This document shows, piece by piece, positions 28,261 to 36,097 of a stretch of 64,000 nucleotides of DNA. Origin of the DNA: an uncultured Gemmatimonadales bacterium (lineage in GTDB: Bacteria > Gemmatimonadota > Gemmatimonadetes > Gemmatimonadales > GWC2-71-9); the NCBI GenBank assembly GCA_963798915.1, contig CAWCVB010000005.1:345291-409290 (forward strand). The letters are read 5' to 3'. Within the stretch, counting starts at the first letter, position 1; every line of letters begins with the position of its first letter. Position numbers and translations under genes: made by a program. The notes under the pieces were generated by a model. The model did no database searches, was not told the DNA's origin, and saw only the letters and a list, made by a program, of their open reading frames with translations.

Positions 28261-29016
28261 TCAGGCGTGCTCGGCGGCCTGGGCCCGGGACATTGCCGGT
28301 ACGCCGCCGAGATCTCGCCGCGCTTTCCAGAGCGATCGGGCAGCTTCGAGCGGCACAACCCGGCTGGGCCGCGGCCGATACTCGTGATGCTCTGGTGCCC
28401 GTAAGCTCTCGATCTGCCGGGCGTGAACCGCTGTGACCGCCAGGAGTTCCGCCCGCGCGGCCCAGCCGTCGGTGCGCAACAGGCGTTGCGGCCGGTCACG
28501 AAACGCGTGCCGCAGCGTGATCAGCCGGAACGCGGCATATCCACTGACAATGTCCCTCACCCCCGGGATCCGCACGCCAAGCAGCAACGGCGCCAGCTGA
28601 CGCAACCACCGCCGGGCCCGTGAGGGCTCGCCGTCATGTTGCCCCTCTGCCACCACCAGGTCTGCTCCACTGTCCAGCCGCCTCACGATGTCGGGCAGCA
28701 CCTCCGCGTCGTGGGTGAAGTCGGCGTGCATGACAACCGCGTAGTCGCGCTTGGGCCGGTCGCTTCGCTCCAGCGCAGCGCGAAGCAGCGCCTCCACCGT
28801 CGCAGCGTACCCCAGACGCGTCTCATGGGTCGTCACCGTCAGGGGCAGCACCCGCGAATAGGGTGACAGCACCTCGGCGGTCGAATCCGTCGAGCCGTCA
28901 TTGGCGACCAGCAGCTGGTACTCCCGGGGGAAATCCGTGAAGATGCGCCGGATCTTCCAGAGCAGGAGCCCGACAGTGCGGGCCTCATCATGGGACGGAA
29001 TGCAGACGTAGATCAT
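28261..29016 (-). CDS. Glycosyltransferase family 2 protein
   Basis: YVCIPSHDE, NDGSTDST, MHADFTH, DIVSGY motifs. Confidence 0.85.
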   Translation of the reverse strand: MIYVCIPSHDEARTVGLLLWKIRRIFTDFPREYQLLVANDGSTDSTAEVLSPYSRVLPLTVTTHETRLGYAATVEALLRAALERSDRPKRDYAVVMHADFTHDAEVLPDIVRRLDSGADLVVAEGQHDGEPSRARRWLRQLAPLLLGVRIPGVRDIVSGYAAFRLITLRHAFRDRPQRLLRTDGWAARAELLAVTAVHARQIESLRAPEHHEYRPRPSRVVPLEAARSLWKARRDLGGVPAMSRAQAAEHA

Positions 29017-29076
29017 GCGTCGTTTTCTGGGTCGAGGGTCGCCTGCATGATAGCGGGGTGGCCGGCTCCTGCGAAA

Positions 29077-31023
29077 TCAGGGCGGGTCAGCGATAGCCAT
29101 GTGGTGTCCCGAGTCACGGCCGGTCGCCATGCGGGCGGCGGTGGCCAGCAGCGAACGGAGTTCGGAGAGGCCGAAGGGCTTGTGAAGCCACGGGCGCTCC
29201 AGGCTTTCGAGGAATTGCAGGGTGTCGCCCCGGATCGTATCGCCGGTGGAGAAGAAGATCCGCCGGGCCAGCTGGGGCCGCTCCCGGGCGACATCTTCGA
29301 ACAGTTCGCGCCCGCCAATCCGCGGCATGCGCAGGTCGCAGATGATCAGGTCGTGCGTCTCTTTGAGCGCCAGCTGGCGTCCTTCGGCACCGTCCGCGGC
29401 CACTTCGACCTCGTGTCCCCATGCCTCGAGGGTGGCACGCATATAGTGCAGAATGTGCGGCTCGTCGTCGACGATCAGCACGCGCAGCGTCCGCTCCAGC
29501 GGCCGCACCTGCTGGAGGCGTGTGGAGGCGGGGCTCGTCGCCTCGGTGAACGGGATGTACACCGTGAACGTGGCACCCTGGCCCGGTTCGGTGACCAGCG
29601 TAATACGTCCACCGTGCTCGCGGACAATGCCCTGGCTGATGGGCAGGCCCAAGCCGGTGCCATCGCCATCGCGCTTGGTGCTGAAGAACGCGTCGAAGAC
29701 GTGCTGTGCCACTTCCGGTGCCATGCCCGGTCCGTCATCCCGCACGTCGACGGCGACACCTTCGTGGAACCGCCGGGCCGTGAGCGTCACCGTTCCCGGG
29801 CGATTGGTCGAGGCGATCGCCTGCGCAGCGTTTGTCAGCAGATTGACGAAGACCTGCTGCATCCGGTTGGAGTCAAGAACGATAGGCGGCAATCCTGCTT
29901 CCACGTCGAGGTGCGCTTCCACCCGGCTCGACATCAGCGGGTTCCGCAGGAGCGCCATGGTGGAACCCAGCAGTTCGCGCAGGTCGGCGGGTGCCCGCTG
30001 ATGATCCTGCTTGCGAGCAAAGTTGAGCAGGTTGCGAACGATGGCTGAGGCCCGCTCCGCTTCCTCGCGGATGACGGCCAGGGGCTCCCGCAGCGGGGCG
30101 GGCACGTCGGGTATTTCGCCGAGGAAATCAGAAAAGCCGACGACCGAAGCCAGGGGATTATTGAGCTCGTGTGCCACGCCGGCAATCAGCTGGCCCATGG
30201 CGGACAGCTTGGCACTCTGCAACAGCTGCTCCTGGAGGCGCCGCTCCTCGGTCTGGTCCTGGAACAGCAGGACAATGCCGGCGTTCTCACCCTCGCCAAC
30301 GGGAATGCCGCTCACCGCATAGGAGCGTGAGGCGGTCTGGAGCTCGACCTCCTGCCGGAGGGGAAACGCGAGGACCCGCTCGAGATCTTCGGCCCACTCG
30401 CTGGGCACGAATCCGGTCCACGGACGGCCGACCAGCACCGCCGGCGGAGCACTCACGAGCTCGGCGAAGGCGCGATTGGCACGCCGTATGCTTCCGGAGC
30501 GGTCCACGATGCAGATGGCGAGCTTGAGGGCGTCGACGACCTCTTGCCATGAGCGCCGGCCATCATCATAGATATCGACGAGTTTGGCGCTCTCAATCGC
30601 CACTGTGCCTTGTGCGGCGATGGCGGCGAGAAGGTCACCAGCAATGGCGGCGAGCCCGCCGACCGGGTCGCGAACCGCGATGAAGCCGCGCACTTGTCGG
30701 CGAGCGAGGAAAGGGGCCAGCTTCCAGTGGCCGGCGGCGTCGTCGAACGTTACGGGCATCTCGCCCGCCAGATGGTCGGCGATTGAGCTGCGGTCCGCAT
30801 CGGGCTCCGGCCACGTGTGCAGCAGCGGCGGGCGCGAGGCGTCGCCCTCGGACAGGGCGAGCACGATTTCCGCGGGGCGGAAGACCTCGCGTGCGGTCTC
30901 CATCAGGATGTCGATCACCGCATCCTGGCGTAGTACTCCGGCAAGTTCGTGGCTCAGGCGGGCCAGGCGCCTGGCGAGGGCGCCGGAATCAGCAAGGTCT
31001 GGACGTGCGAGAGGATGTTCCAT
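29077..31023 (-). CDS. Hybrid sensor histidine kinase (GAF-like, PAS, HisKA, HATPase, REC)
   Basis: GVAHELNNPL, QVFVNLLTNA, DDGPG, GTGLGL, VLIVDDE...DLRMP...KPF. Confidence 0.92.
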   Translation of the reverse strand: MEHPLARPDLADSGALARRLARLSHELAGVLRQDAVIDILMETAREVFRPAEIVLALSEGDASRPPLLHTWPEPDADRSSIADHLAGEMPVTFDDAAGHWKLAPFLARRQVRGFIAVRDPVGGLAAIAGDLLAAIAAQGTVAIESAKLVDIYDDGRRSWQEVVDALKLAICIVDRSGSIRRANRAFAELVSAPPAVLVGRPWTGFVPSEWAEDLERVLAFPLRQEVELQTASRSYAVSGIPVGEGENAGIVLLFQDQTEERRLQEQLLQSAKLSAMGQLIAGVAHELNNPLASVVGFSDFLGEIPDVPAPLREPLAVIREEAERASAIVRNLLNFARKQDHQRAPADLRELLGSTMALLRNPLMSSRVEAHLDVEAGLPPIVLDSNRMQQVFVNLLTNAAQAIASTNRPGTVTLTARRFHEGVAVDVRDDGPGMAPEVAQHVFDAFFSTKRDGDGTGLGLPISQGIVREHGGRITLVTEPGQGATFTVYIPFTEATSPASTRLQQVRPLERTLRVLIVDDEPHILHYMRATLEAWGHEVEVAADGAEGRQLALKETHDLIICDLRMPRIGGRELFEDVARERPQLARRIFFSTGDTIRGDTLQFLESLERPWLHKPFGLSELRSLLATAARMATGRDSGHHMAIADPP

Positions 31024-31732
31024 GATCCGTGCCGATCTGCGCAGTAGTCTACAGGCTGATGATCTGGACCTGGTGCTGCAGCTGCTCAGTGGCGGCTCCG
31101 CCGGGCACCGGAAGCGTCTCGAGCGGCAGCTTGCGGTCGAAGGTCCAGATGCGCTGCTGGATTCGCCGGGCCTGCTGGAGCTGCTGGTTGCCGCGCGGAG
31201 CATGCTCGTGCCGGGTGAGCGGCTTTTTCTCTACGTCGCGATGCGCCATTTCCTGCGAGCGTCCGGGCTCGACGACCGGGATCTCACCGACTACCTGGCC
31301 TCGCTGGTGCTTGCATTCGGCGAACGGGACCGCGCCAATCGCGTGGCATGGCACGACGACCAGCATCACACCTACCTGGTCGATATCCTGGCCGACCTCG
31401 AAAGCACCGAGGGCGAGCGACGTTTCCAGGTGATGGTCCACCTTGGCAACTATGCTCTGTGGCTCTCCGGCCTCTTCCCGGATTATATCGCCGCGCGGCG
31501 CGCGCGCCACGGTGGACCCGACGTTTCGTACTATGACTCGATGGGCCGCCGGGGTTTCGGCCTCGCCGCTGAGCACGTGCTCGCCGGCCGCTATGGTCTG
31601 GATGACGTTTTCCGCGTGGCGGCTGCTTCCATTGTGCCGTTGCGTGCCGCGCTCAATGGTGTCAGCGACCGCTTCCTGTTTCCGTCATCGCTGACCCCTG
31701 AGCGCCTCATGCGGCAACTGGGCGTGCACTGA
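31022..31732 (+). CDS. Hypothetical protein
   Basis: Protein-like ORF MIRADLRSSL...DYLASL...HLGNYALWLSGLFPDYI...YYDSMG; GAGGA SD 6 nt upstream. Confidence 0.8.
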   Translation: MIRADLRSSLQADDLDLVLQLLSGGSAGHRKRLERQLAVEGPDALLDSPGLLELLVAARSMLVPGERLFLYVAMRHFLRASGLDDRDLTDYLASLVLAFGERDRANRVAWHDDQHHTYLVDILADLESTEGERRFQVMVHLGNYALWLSGLFPDYIAARRARHGGPDVSYYDSMGRRGFGLAAEHVLAGRYGLDDVFRVAAASIVPLRAALNGVSDRFLFPSSLTPERLMRQLGVH

Positions 31733-32405
31733 GCGCCTGGGCGAACGCTTGAAAAAGGCCTGCCTCGGGTGCGCCGCGGTCCACACCCACGAGGTCTTCC
31801 GGGTGCCATTGCACGCCGACCATCCAGGGACCGGCATGGGTTTCGATCGCCTCGACCAGGCCGTCATCGCTGGAGGCCACCGGGACGACGCCCGGCCCCA
31901 GCTCGCGCAGGCCTTGATGATGCGCCGAGTTGACGGCCAGTTCTCCGCAGCCGAGGGCGCGCGCCAAGGCACTGCCTGCGACGACCTGCACGGCATGAGT
32001 TCGCTGCTCGCGCGGCACATCGGGTGCATGGCCCACGGCGCTCGGGCGTTCGGATGGCAGGTCCTGCCAGAGTGTGCCCCCGAGCGCGACATTGACCAAT
32101 TGCATGCCCCGGCAGATGGCGAGCACGGGCAGTCCTCGAGATCGCGCCTCATGGAACAGGGCGAGCTCAAGCTGGTCCCGGTCGCGCGCCATGGCCGGAT
32201 CAATGTCTTCGCCGCCGGTCAGCAGGAGTCCGGCCATGCCGTCCAGCAAGCGTGGCGCCAGCGCCAGCGGGCTGAGCGGCGAGGCGACCAGCGTGGGCAC
32301 GCCCTGCATTGACAGCGCGCGCAGATAAGGCGCGTCGACGCCAGCGTGCGCTCGTGCCCCCCGCTGGTCTATGTCGCCCGTGACCAGCACGCGCCCGCCA
32401 CTCAC
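31707..32405 (-). CDS. Class I glutamine amidotransferase / gamma-glutamyl-GABA hydrolase (peptidase C26) family
   Basis: LLLTGGED, AICRGMQ, VNSAHHQ, GVQWHPE. Confidence 0.9.
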   Translation of the reverse strand: MSGGRVLVTGDIDQRGARAHAGVDAPYLRALSMQGVPTLVASPLSPLALAPRLLDGMAGLLLTGGEDIDPAMARDRDQLELALFHEARSRGLPVLAICRGMQLVNVALGGTLWQDLPSERPSAVGHAPDVPREQRTHAVQVVAGSALARALGCGELAVNSAHHQGLRELGPGVVPVASSDDGLVEAIETHAGPWMVGVQWHPEDLVGVDRGAPEAGLFQAFAQALSARPVAA

Positions 32406-32899
32406 TTGCGGAGCGAATCCGGGAACGCGCCGCAGCTCGGATCTTCGTACACATCCGATCCGGCCTCGACGCCGATCAGCGGCGCGGTCATCTCGCCAAA
32501 CGTGACGGTGCCCAGTTCGGGCGCGCCCTCGATGGGCGGACCCTTGTACAGCATGACGCCCTTGGCAGTACCGTCAGGATCGGTGACCAGGACCCCGAAG
32601 CCGAGCACGAAATTGGCCGGCACGGCGCCCTCCACACCAACGAGAACTACCGAGTCAGCGGCCGCGGACCTGCCGATCACGCTGGAAAATGCCCCGCCCC
32701 CGGCGATGCGAGCCGGCAGGCGCGGGGGCAGCCGCCGTGGGGCGCGGCCCAGCGTCCTCTGCGGGATGGTGAATTGATTGAGCAGTTGCGACGGCCCGAC
32801 CATGGCGGCGATGCCACAATTGGCACGGCCCGACGTGCCGCTGCCCTTGCAGGCAAGCACCGCGAGCAGCAAGCAGAACATTGCATGAGATCTTGGCAT
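32402..32899 (-). CDS. Hypothetical lipoprotein
   Basis: LLAVLAC lipobox; stop overlaps the next start (GTGA); start uncertain. Confidence 0.65.
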   Translation of the reverse strand: MPRSHAMFCLLLAVLACKGSGTSGRANCGIAAMVGPSQLLNQFTIPQRTLGRAPRRLPPRLPARIAGGGAFSSVIGRSAAADSVVLVGVEGAVPANFVLGFGVLVTDPDGTAKGVMLYKGPPIEGAPELGTVTFGEMTAPLIGVEAGSDVYEDPSCGAFPDSLRK

Positions 32900-33030
32900 T
32901 CCAAAGCTCCAGCCGGGGCCTCGCTGAGTCGCTGATGGCAAAGATAACGTGCCTTTGGTCGCCGAGTGGTCGCTTGACGCCCCGGGTTGCCCCTCGTAAC
33001 GTTTGCCTTTCCCTTGAGAGCAGGCGCCCC

Positions 33031-33588
33031 GTGGCAGCATTTGACGGACTCAAAGCCCGTCTGGAACGACTCTTTGCGGAATCGGCGGGCGATCCCGCCG
33101 CCGGCCTGCGGGAGGCGCTGGTCGAAATGCGCGTGGGCCTTGGCGTCATGCGCGATGCGCTGCACCGGACTGAGCAGGAGCTGGCCGCCGAGCGGCGTCA
33201 GCTCGGTGATGCGGAGCGGCGACAGTCGCTGGCCGCCGACATCAACGATGCGGAAACGGTTCGAGTCGCGGAGCGCTTCGTCATTCGCCATCGGGAACGC
33301 TCGGCGGTGCTTGAGCGCAAGCTCTCGGTGCAGCGCGACGAGCTTGCGCTGGCCGAGCGCGAGGTCGAGGAACTCACGGCTCAGTATCGCTCGTCTTCCC
33401 TCGGGGCCGGGGAGGCGGCGGCGTCGATCAAGCGCGCCTGGCGCGATCTGGCGGCGGCCGGCGGTACCCGGCCCGAGATGGATCTGGACGCTGAACTGGA
33501 GAAGGCCGAGGCAGATCGGAAGCTGCATGAAGCTGCCGTAGAAGCACAGCTGGCACAGCTCAAACGCAAGCTCGGACGACAACCCTGA
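33031..33588 (+). CDS. Coiled-coil protein, divergent PspA/Vipp1-like
   Basis: Amphipathic N-helix FDGLKARLERLF, DP motif, long heptad repeats, C-terminal VEAQLAQLKRKLG. Confidence 0.6.
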   Translation: MAAFDGLKARLERLFAESAGDPAAGLREALVEMRVGLGVMRDALHRTEQELAAERRQLGDAERRQSLAADINDAETVRVAERFVIRHRERSAVLERKLSVQRDELALAEREVEELTAQYRSSSLGAGEAAASIKRAWRDLAAAGGTRPEMDLDAELEKAEADRKLHEAAVEAQLAQLKRKLGRQP

Positions 33589-33614
33589 TCCTTCTCACGA
33601 CAGGAGCCCGCTCC

Positions 33615-35150
33615 TTGCCCTCCCATGCCCAAGCGGCCGAGACCGCGCTGGATCCAGCCGCCGACCGCGGCTTCTTTGGCCATCCCCGCGGCCTGGCAAC
33701 GCTCTTCTTCACCGAAATGTGGGAGCGGTTCAGCTATTACGGGATGCGAGCCATCCTGATGCTGTTCATGACGGCCGCGGTCGTCAACGGTGGTCTCGGA
33801 TTCGATGCCGCGACCGCGGGGCCGATCTACGGCCTGTACACCTCGATGGTGTACGTCGTGGCACTGCCAGGCGGGTGGTTTGCCGACCGGGTAATCGGCC
33901 AGCGGCACGCCGTGCTGATCGGTGGCATCGTCATCATGCTTGGCCATATCTCGCTGGCCATGGAAGGGCTTCCATTCTTCCTCCTGGGCCTCTTCCTGGT
34001 GATCTGTGGCACTGGACTGCTCAAGCCGAACATTTCGACCATGGTGGGCCAGCTCTACTCGGCAGATGATGCCCGCCGTGATTCCGGCTTTTCGCTCTTC
34101 TACATGGGCATCAACCTGGGCGGCTTCCTCGCGCCGCTTGCGTGCGGCTTCCTGGCCCAACATCCCCGCTTTCATATGCTGCTGGAATCGTGGGGCATGA
34201 ACCCCAACCGGTCCTGGCACTGGGGCTTCGGAGCGGCCGCGGTCGGGATGTTCTTCGGGATCCTGCAGTATGTGCTGGGTGCGCGGCACCTGCGCAGCGC
34301 GGGTCTCGCGCCCGGGGACCCGCTTGCGCGCAACCGACGCAATCTCGCCAAGATCGTGCTGGCCGCGCTGATCCTGGGGGGCGCCGCCATCCTGCTGCTG
34401 TCGGGCAGCAGCGCCATCGCTGCGATGCCCACCGTCAACAAGACCATGGCCGTGGTGCTGCTGGTTACCCCGATCGCGTTCTTCACCTGGTTGCTGACCG
34501 TCGGCAGCCGGAACCGCGACGAGCGGAAGCGACATCTTGTCATCTTCGTGCTCTTCCTGGGAGCATCCGTCTTCTGGTCGGCCTTCGAGCAGGCGGGCTC
34601 GACGCTCACACTGTTCGCCAAGGAAAGCACGAGGCATGCATTCCTTGGCATCACCTTTCCCGCGTCGTGGTTCCAGTCGGTCAACTCCCTCTGGATCATT
34701 CTGCTGGCACCGGTATTCGCATGGCTCTGGCTCCGGCTCGGCAGGCGCGAACCATCCACACCCACCAAGTTCGCCCTTGGGTTGTTCTTTCTGGCGGCCG
34801 GATTTGCCATCCTCATCCCGGCGGCGCGGTTCTCGGCCGGCGGAGGGTCGGTAAGTCCCGGCTGGCTGATCACCACCTACCTGCTGCATACCATCGGCGA
34901 GCTGTGCCTGAGCCCGGTCGGCCTGTCGGCCATGACCAAGCTTGCGCCGATACGCTATGCGGGCCTGATGCTGGGCGTATGGTTCCTGGCGGCGTCGGTC
35001 GGGAATTTCATTGGCGGCAACGTGGCCGGCCTGTACGATGCCTTCACCACGGACCAGATTTTCACGGCCGTGACGGTCTTTGTCCTCGGCGCATGTGCCC
35101 TGATGCTGGTATTCGTCCGGCCCATCAAGCGGATGCTGGCGAGGGAATGA
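33615..35150 (+). CDS. POT/PTR-family di/tripeptide:H+ symporter
   Basis: FFGHPRGL, EMWERFSYYGMR, GTGLLKPN, FYMGINLG, FQSVNS, GELCLSPVGLS. Confidence 0.95.
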   Translation: MPSHAQAAETALDPAADRGFFGHPRGLATLFFTEMWERFSYYGMRAILMLFMTAAVVNGGLGFDAATAGPIYGLYTSMVYVVALPGGWFADRVIGQRHAVLIGGIVIMLGHISLAMEGLPFFLLGLFLVICGTGLLKPNISTMVGQLYSADDARRDSGFSLFYMGINLGGFLAPLACGFLAQHPRFHMLLESWGMNPNRSWHWGFGAAAVGMFFGILQYVLGARHLRSAGLAPGDPLARNRRNLAKIVLAALILGGAAILLLSGSSAIAAMPTVNKTMAVVLLVTPIAFFTWLLTVGSRNRDERKRHLVIFVLFLGASVFWSAFEQAGSTLTLFAKESTRHAFLGITFPASWFQSVNSLWIILLAPVFAWLWLRLGRREPSTPTKFALGLFFLAAGFAILIPAARFSAGGGSVSPGWLITTYLLHTIGELCLSPVGLSAMTKLAPIRYAGLMLGVWFLAASVGNFIGGNVAGLYDAFTTDQIFTAVTVFVLGACALMLVFVRPIKRMLARE

Positions 35151-35160
35151 GGACGCTGGC

Positions 35161-36003
35161 GTGAGGCGGCTTCGGATCGCCGCCTGCATGGCCCTCGGAA
35201 GTGTCGCGTTGACGGCGTGCGACCGGCCGCCGGCCAGCCCGGCCTCCACCAGCCTGCCGGGTGTCGTCGCGCTGCGGGTGCCGCCTGACTCGGAGATTCC
35301 GGACGGGCCGATGGGGATTGCCATCCGGCGCGGCCGTGCCTTGCTGGATCACACGCGTGACAGCATGCCAGCATTTGTAGGCAACAGGCTGAACTGCACC
35401 AGCTGTCATCCCGCCAATGGCACTCAGGCCAACGCCATTCCCTGGGTGGGCGTGTATGCCCGCTTTCCGCAATACCGTGCGCGCAGTGCTGCCGTCCTCA
35501 CCATCGAAGAGAGAATTGCCGGCTGCTTCCGAAGATCCATGAACGGCACGGCGCCGCCAGCCGGGAACCGGGATGTCGCCGACATCGTCGCTTACTTTGC
35601 GTGGTTATCGCGGGGCGTGCCGCAAGGAGCCAAGGTGGAAGGACAGGGCCTGCCGCGGTTCGAACTGCTGCATGGCGATACGGCGGCCGGCCGCGCGCTC
35701 TACGCCGCCGAATGCGCCCGATGTCATAACGCCGATGGCTCGGGCAACGTGGGGCCGGCATTATGGGGAGACGGCAGTTACAACATTGGCGCCGGCATGG
35801 CGCGCATCCGCACCGCTGGCTCGTTCATCCGCCACAACATGCCGTTTGACAAGCCGGGGACGCTGTCAGACGCCCAAGCGGCCAATCTCGCCGCCTACAT
35901 CAATGCCCAGCCCCGTCCCGACCTGCCCGGAAAGGAAAACGACTGGCCCAACGGCGATGCACCACCGGATGCGGCCTATCCGACGCTGGCGTCCCCGCGG
36001 TAG
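35161..36003 (+). CDS. tsdA: TsdA-like diheme cytochrome c (thiosulfate dehydrogenase/tetrathionate reductase), lipoprotein
   Basis: LTAC lipobox; GNRLNCTSCH, RIAGCFRRSMNG, CARCH, LWGDGSYNIGAGMAR, NMP. Confidence 0.78.
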   Translation: MRRLRIAACMALGSVALTACDRPPASPASTSLPGVVALRVPPDSEIPDGPMGIAIRRGRALLDHTRDSMPAFVGNRLNCTSCHPANGTQANAIPWVGVYARFPQYRARSAAVLTIEERIAGCFRRSMNGTAPPAGNRDVADIVAYFAWLSRGVPQGAKVEGQGLPRFELLHGDTAAGRALYAAECARCHNADGSGNVGPALWGDGSYNIGAGMARIRTAGSFIRHNMPFDKPGTLSDAQAANLAAYINAQPRPDLPGKENDWPNGDAPPDAAYPTLASPR

Positions 36004-36045
36004 GGCAGAGAGATGAGAGCTAAAAGCTGAAGGCAGTAGCTTCGC

Positions 36046-36097
36046 TCAGCCTTCAGCCTTCAGCCTTCAGCCTTCAGCCTTCAGCCTTCAGCCTTCA
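36046..36097 (+). repeat. Perfect heptamer tandem repeat (TCAGCCT)x7 plus TCA
   Basis: Counted directly; the last TCA is the stop of the convergent receptor gene. Degenerate complementary heptamers lie at 36005-36034. Confidence 0.95.

Noticed and set aside
33381..35324. 647-aa minus-strand ORF and similar long antisense ORFs (4348-5586, 9902-11104, 17806-18921, 46089-47543)
   Set aside because: They shadow clearly recognisable genes on the opposite strand, have no motifs, and are expected from high-GC codon bias.
36046..36097. Possible CRISPR array
   Set aside because: Contiguous 7-mers with no spacers and no cas genes; a simple tandem repeat.
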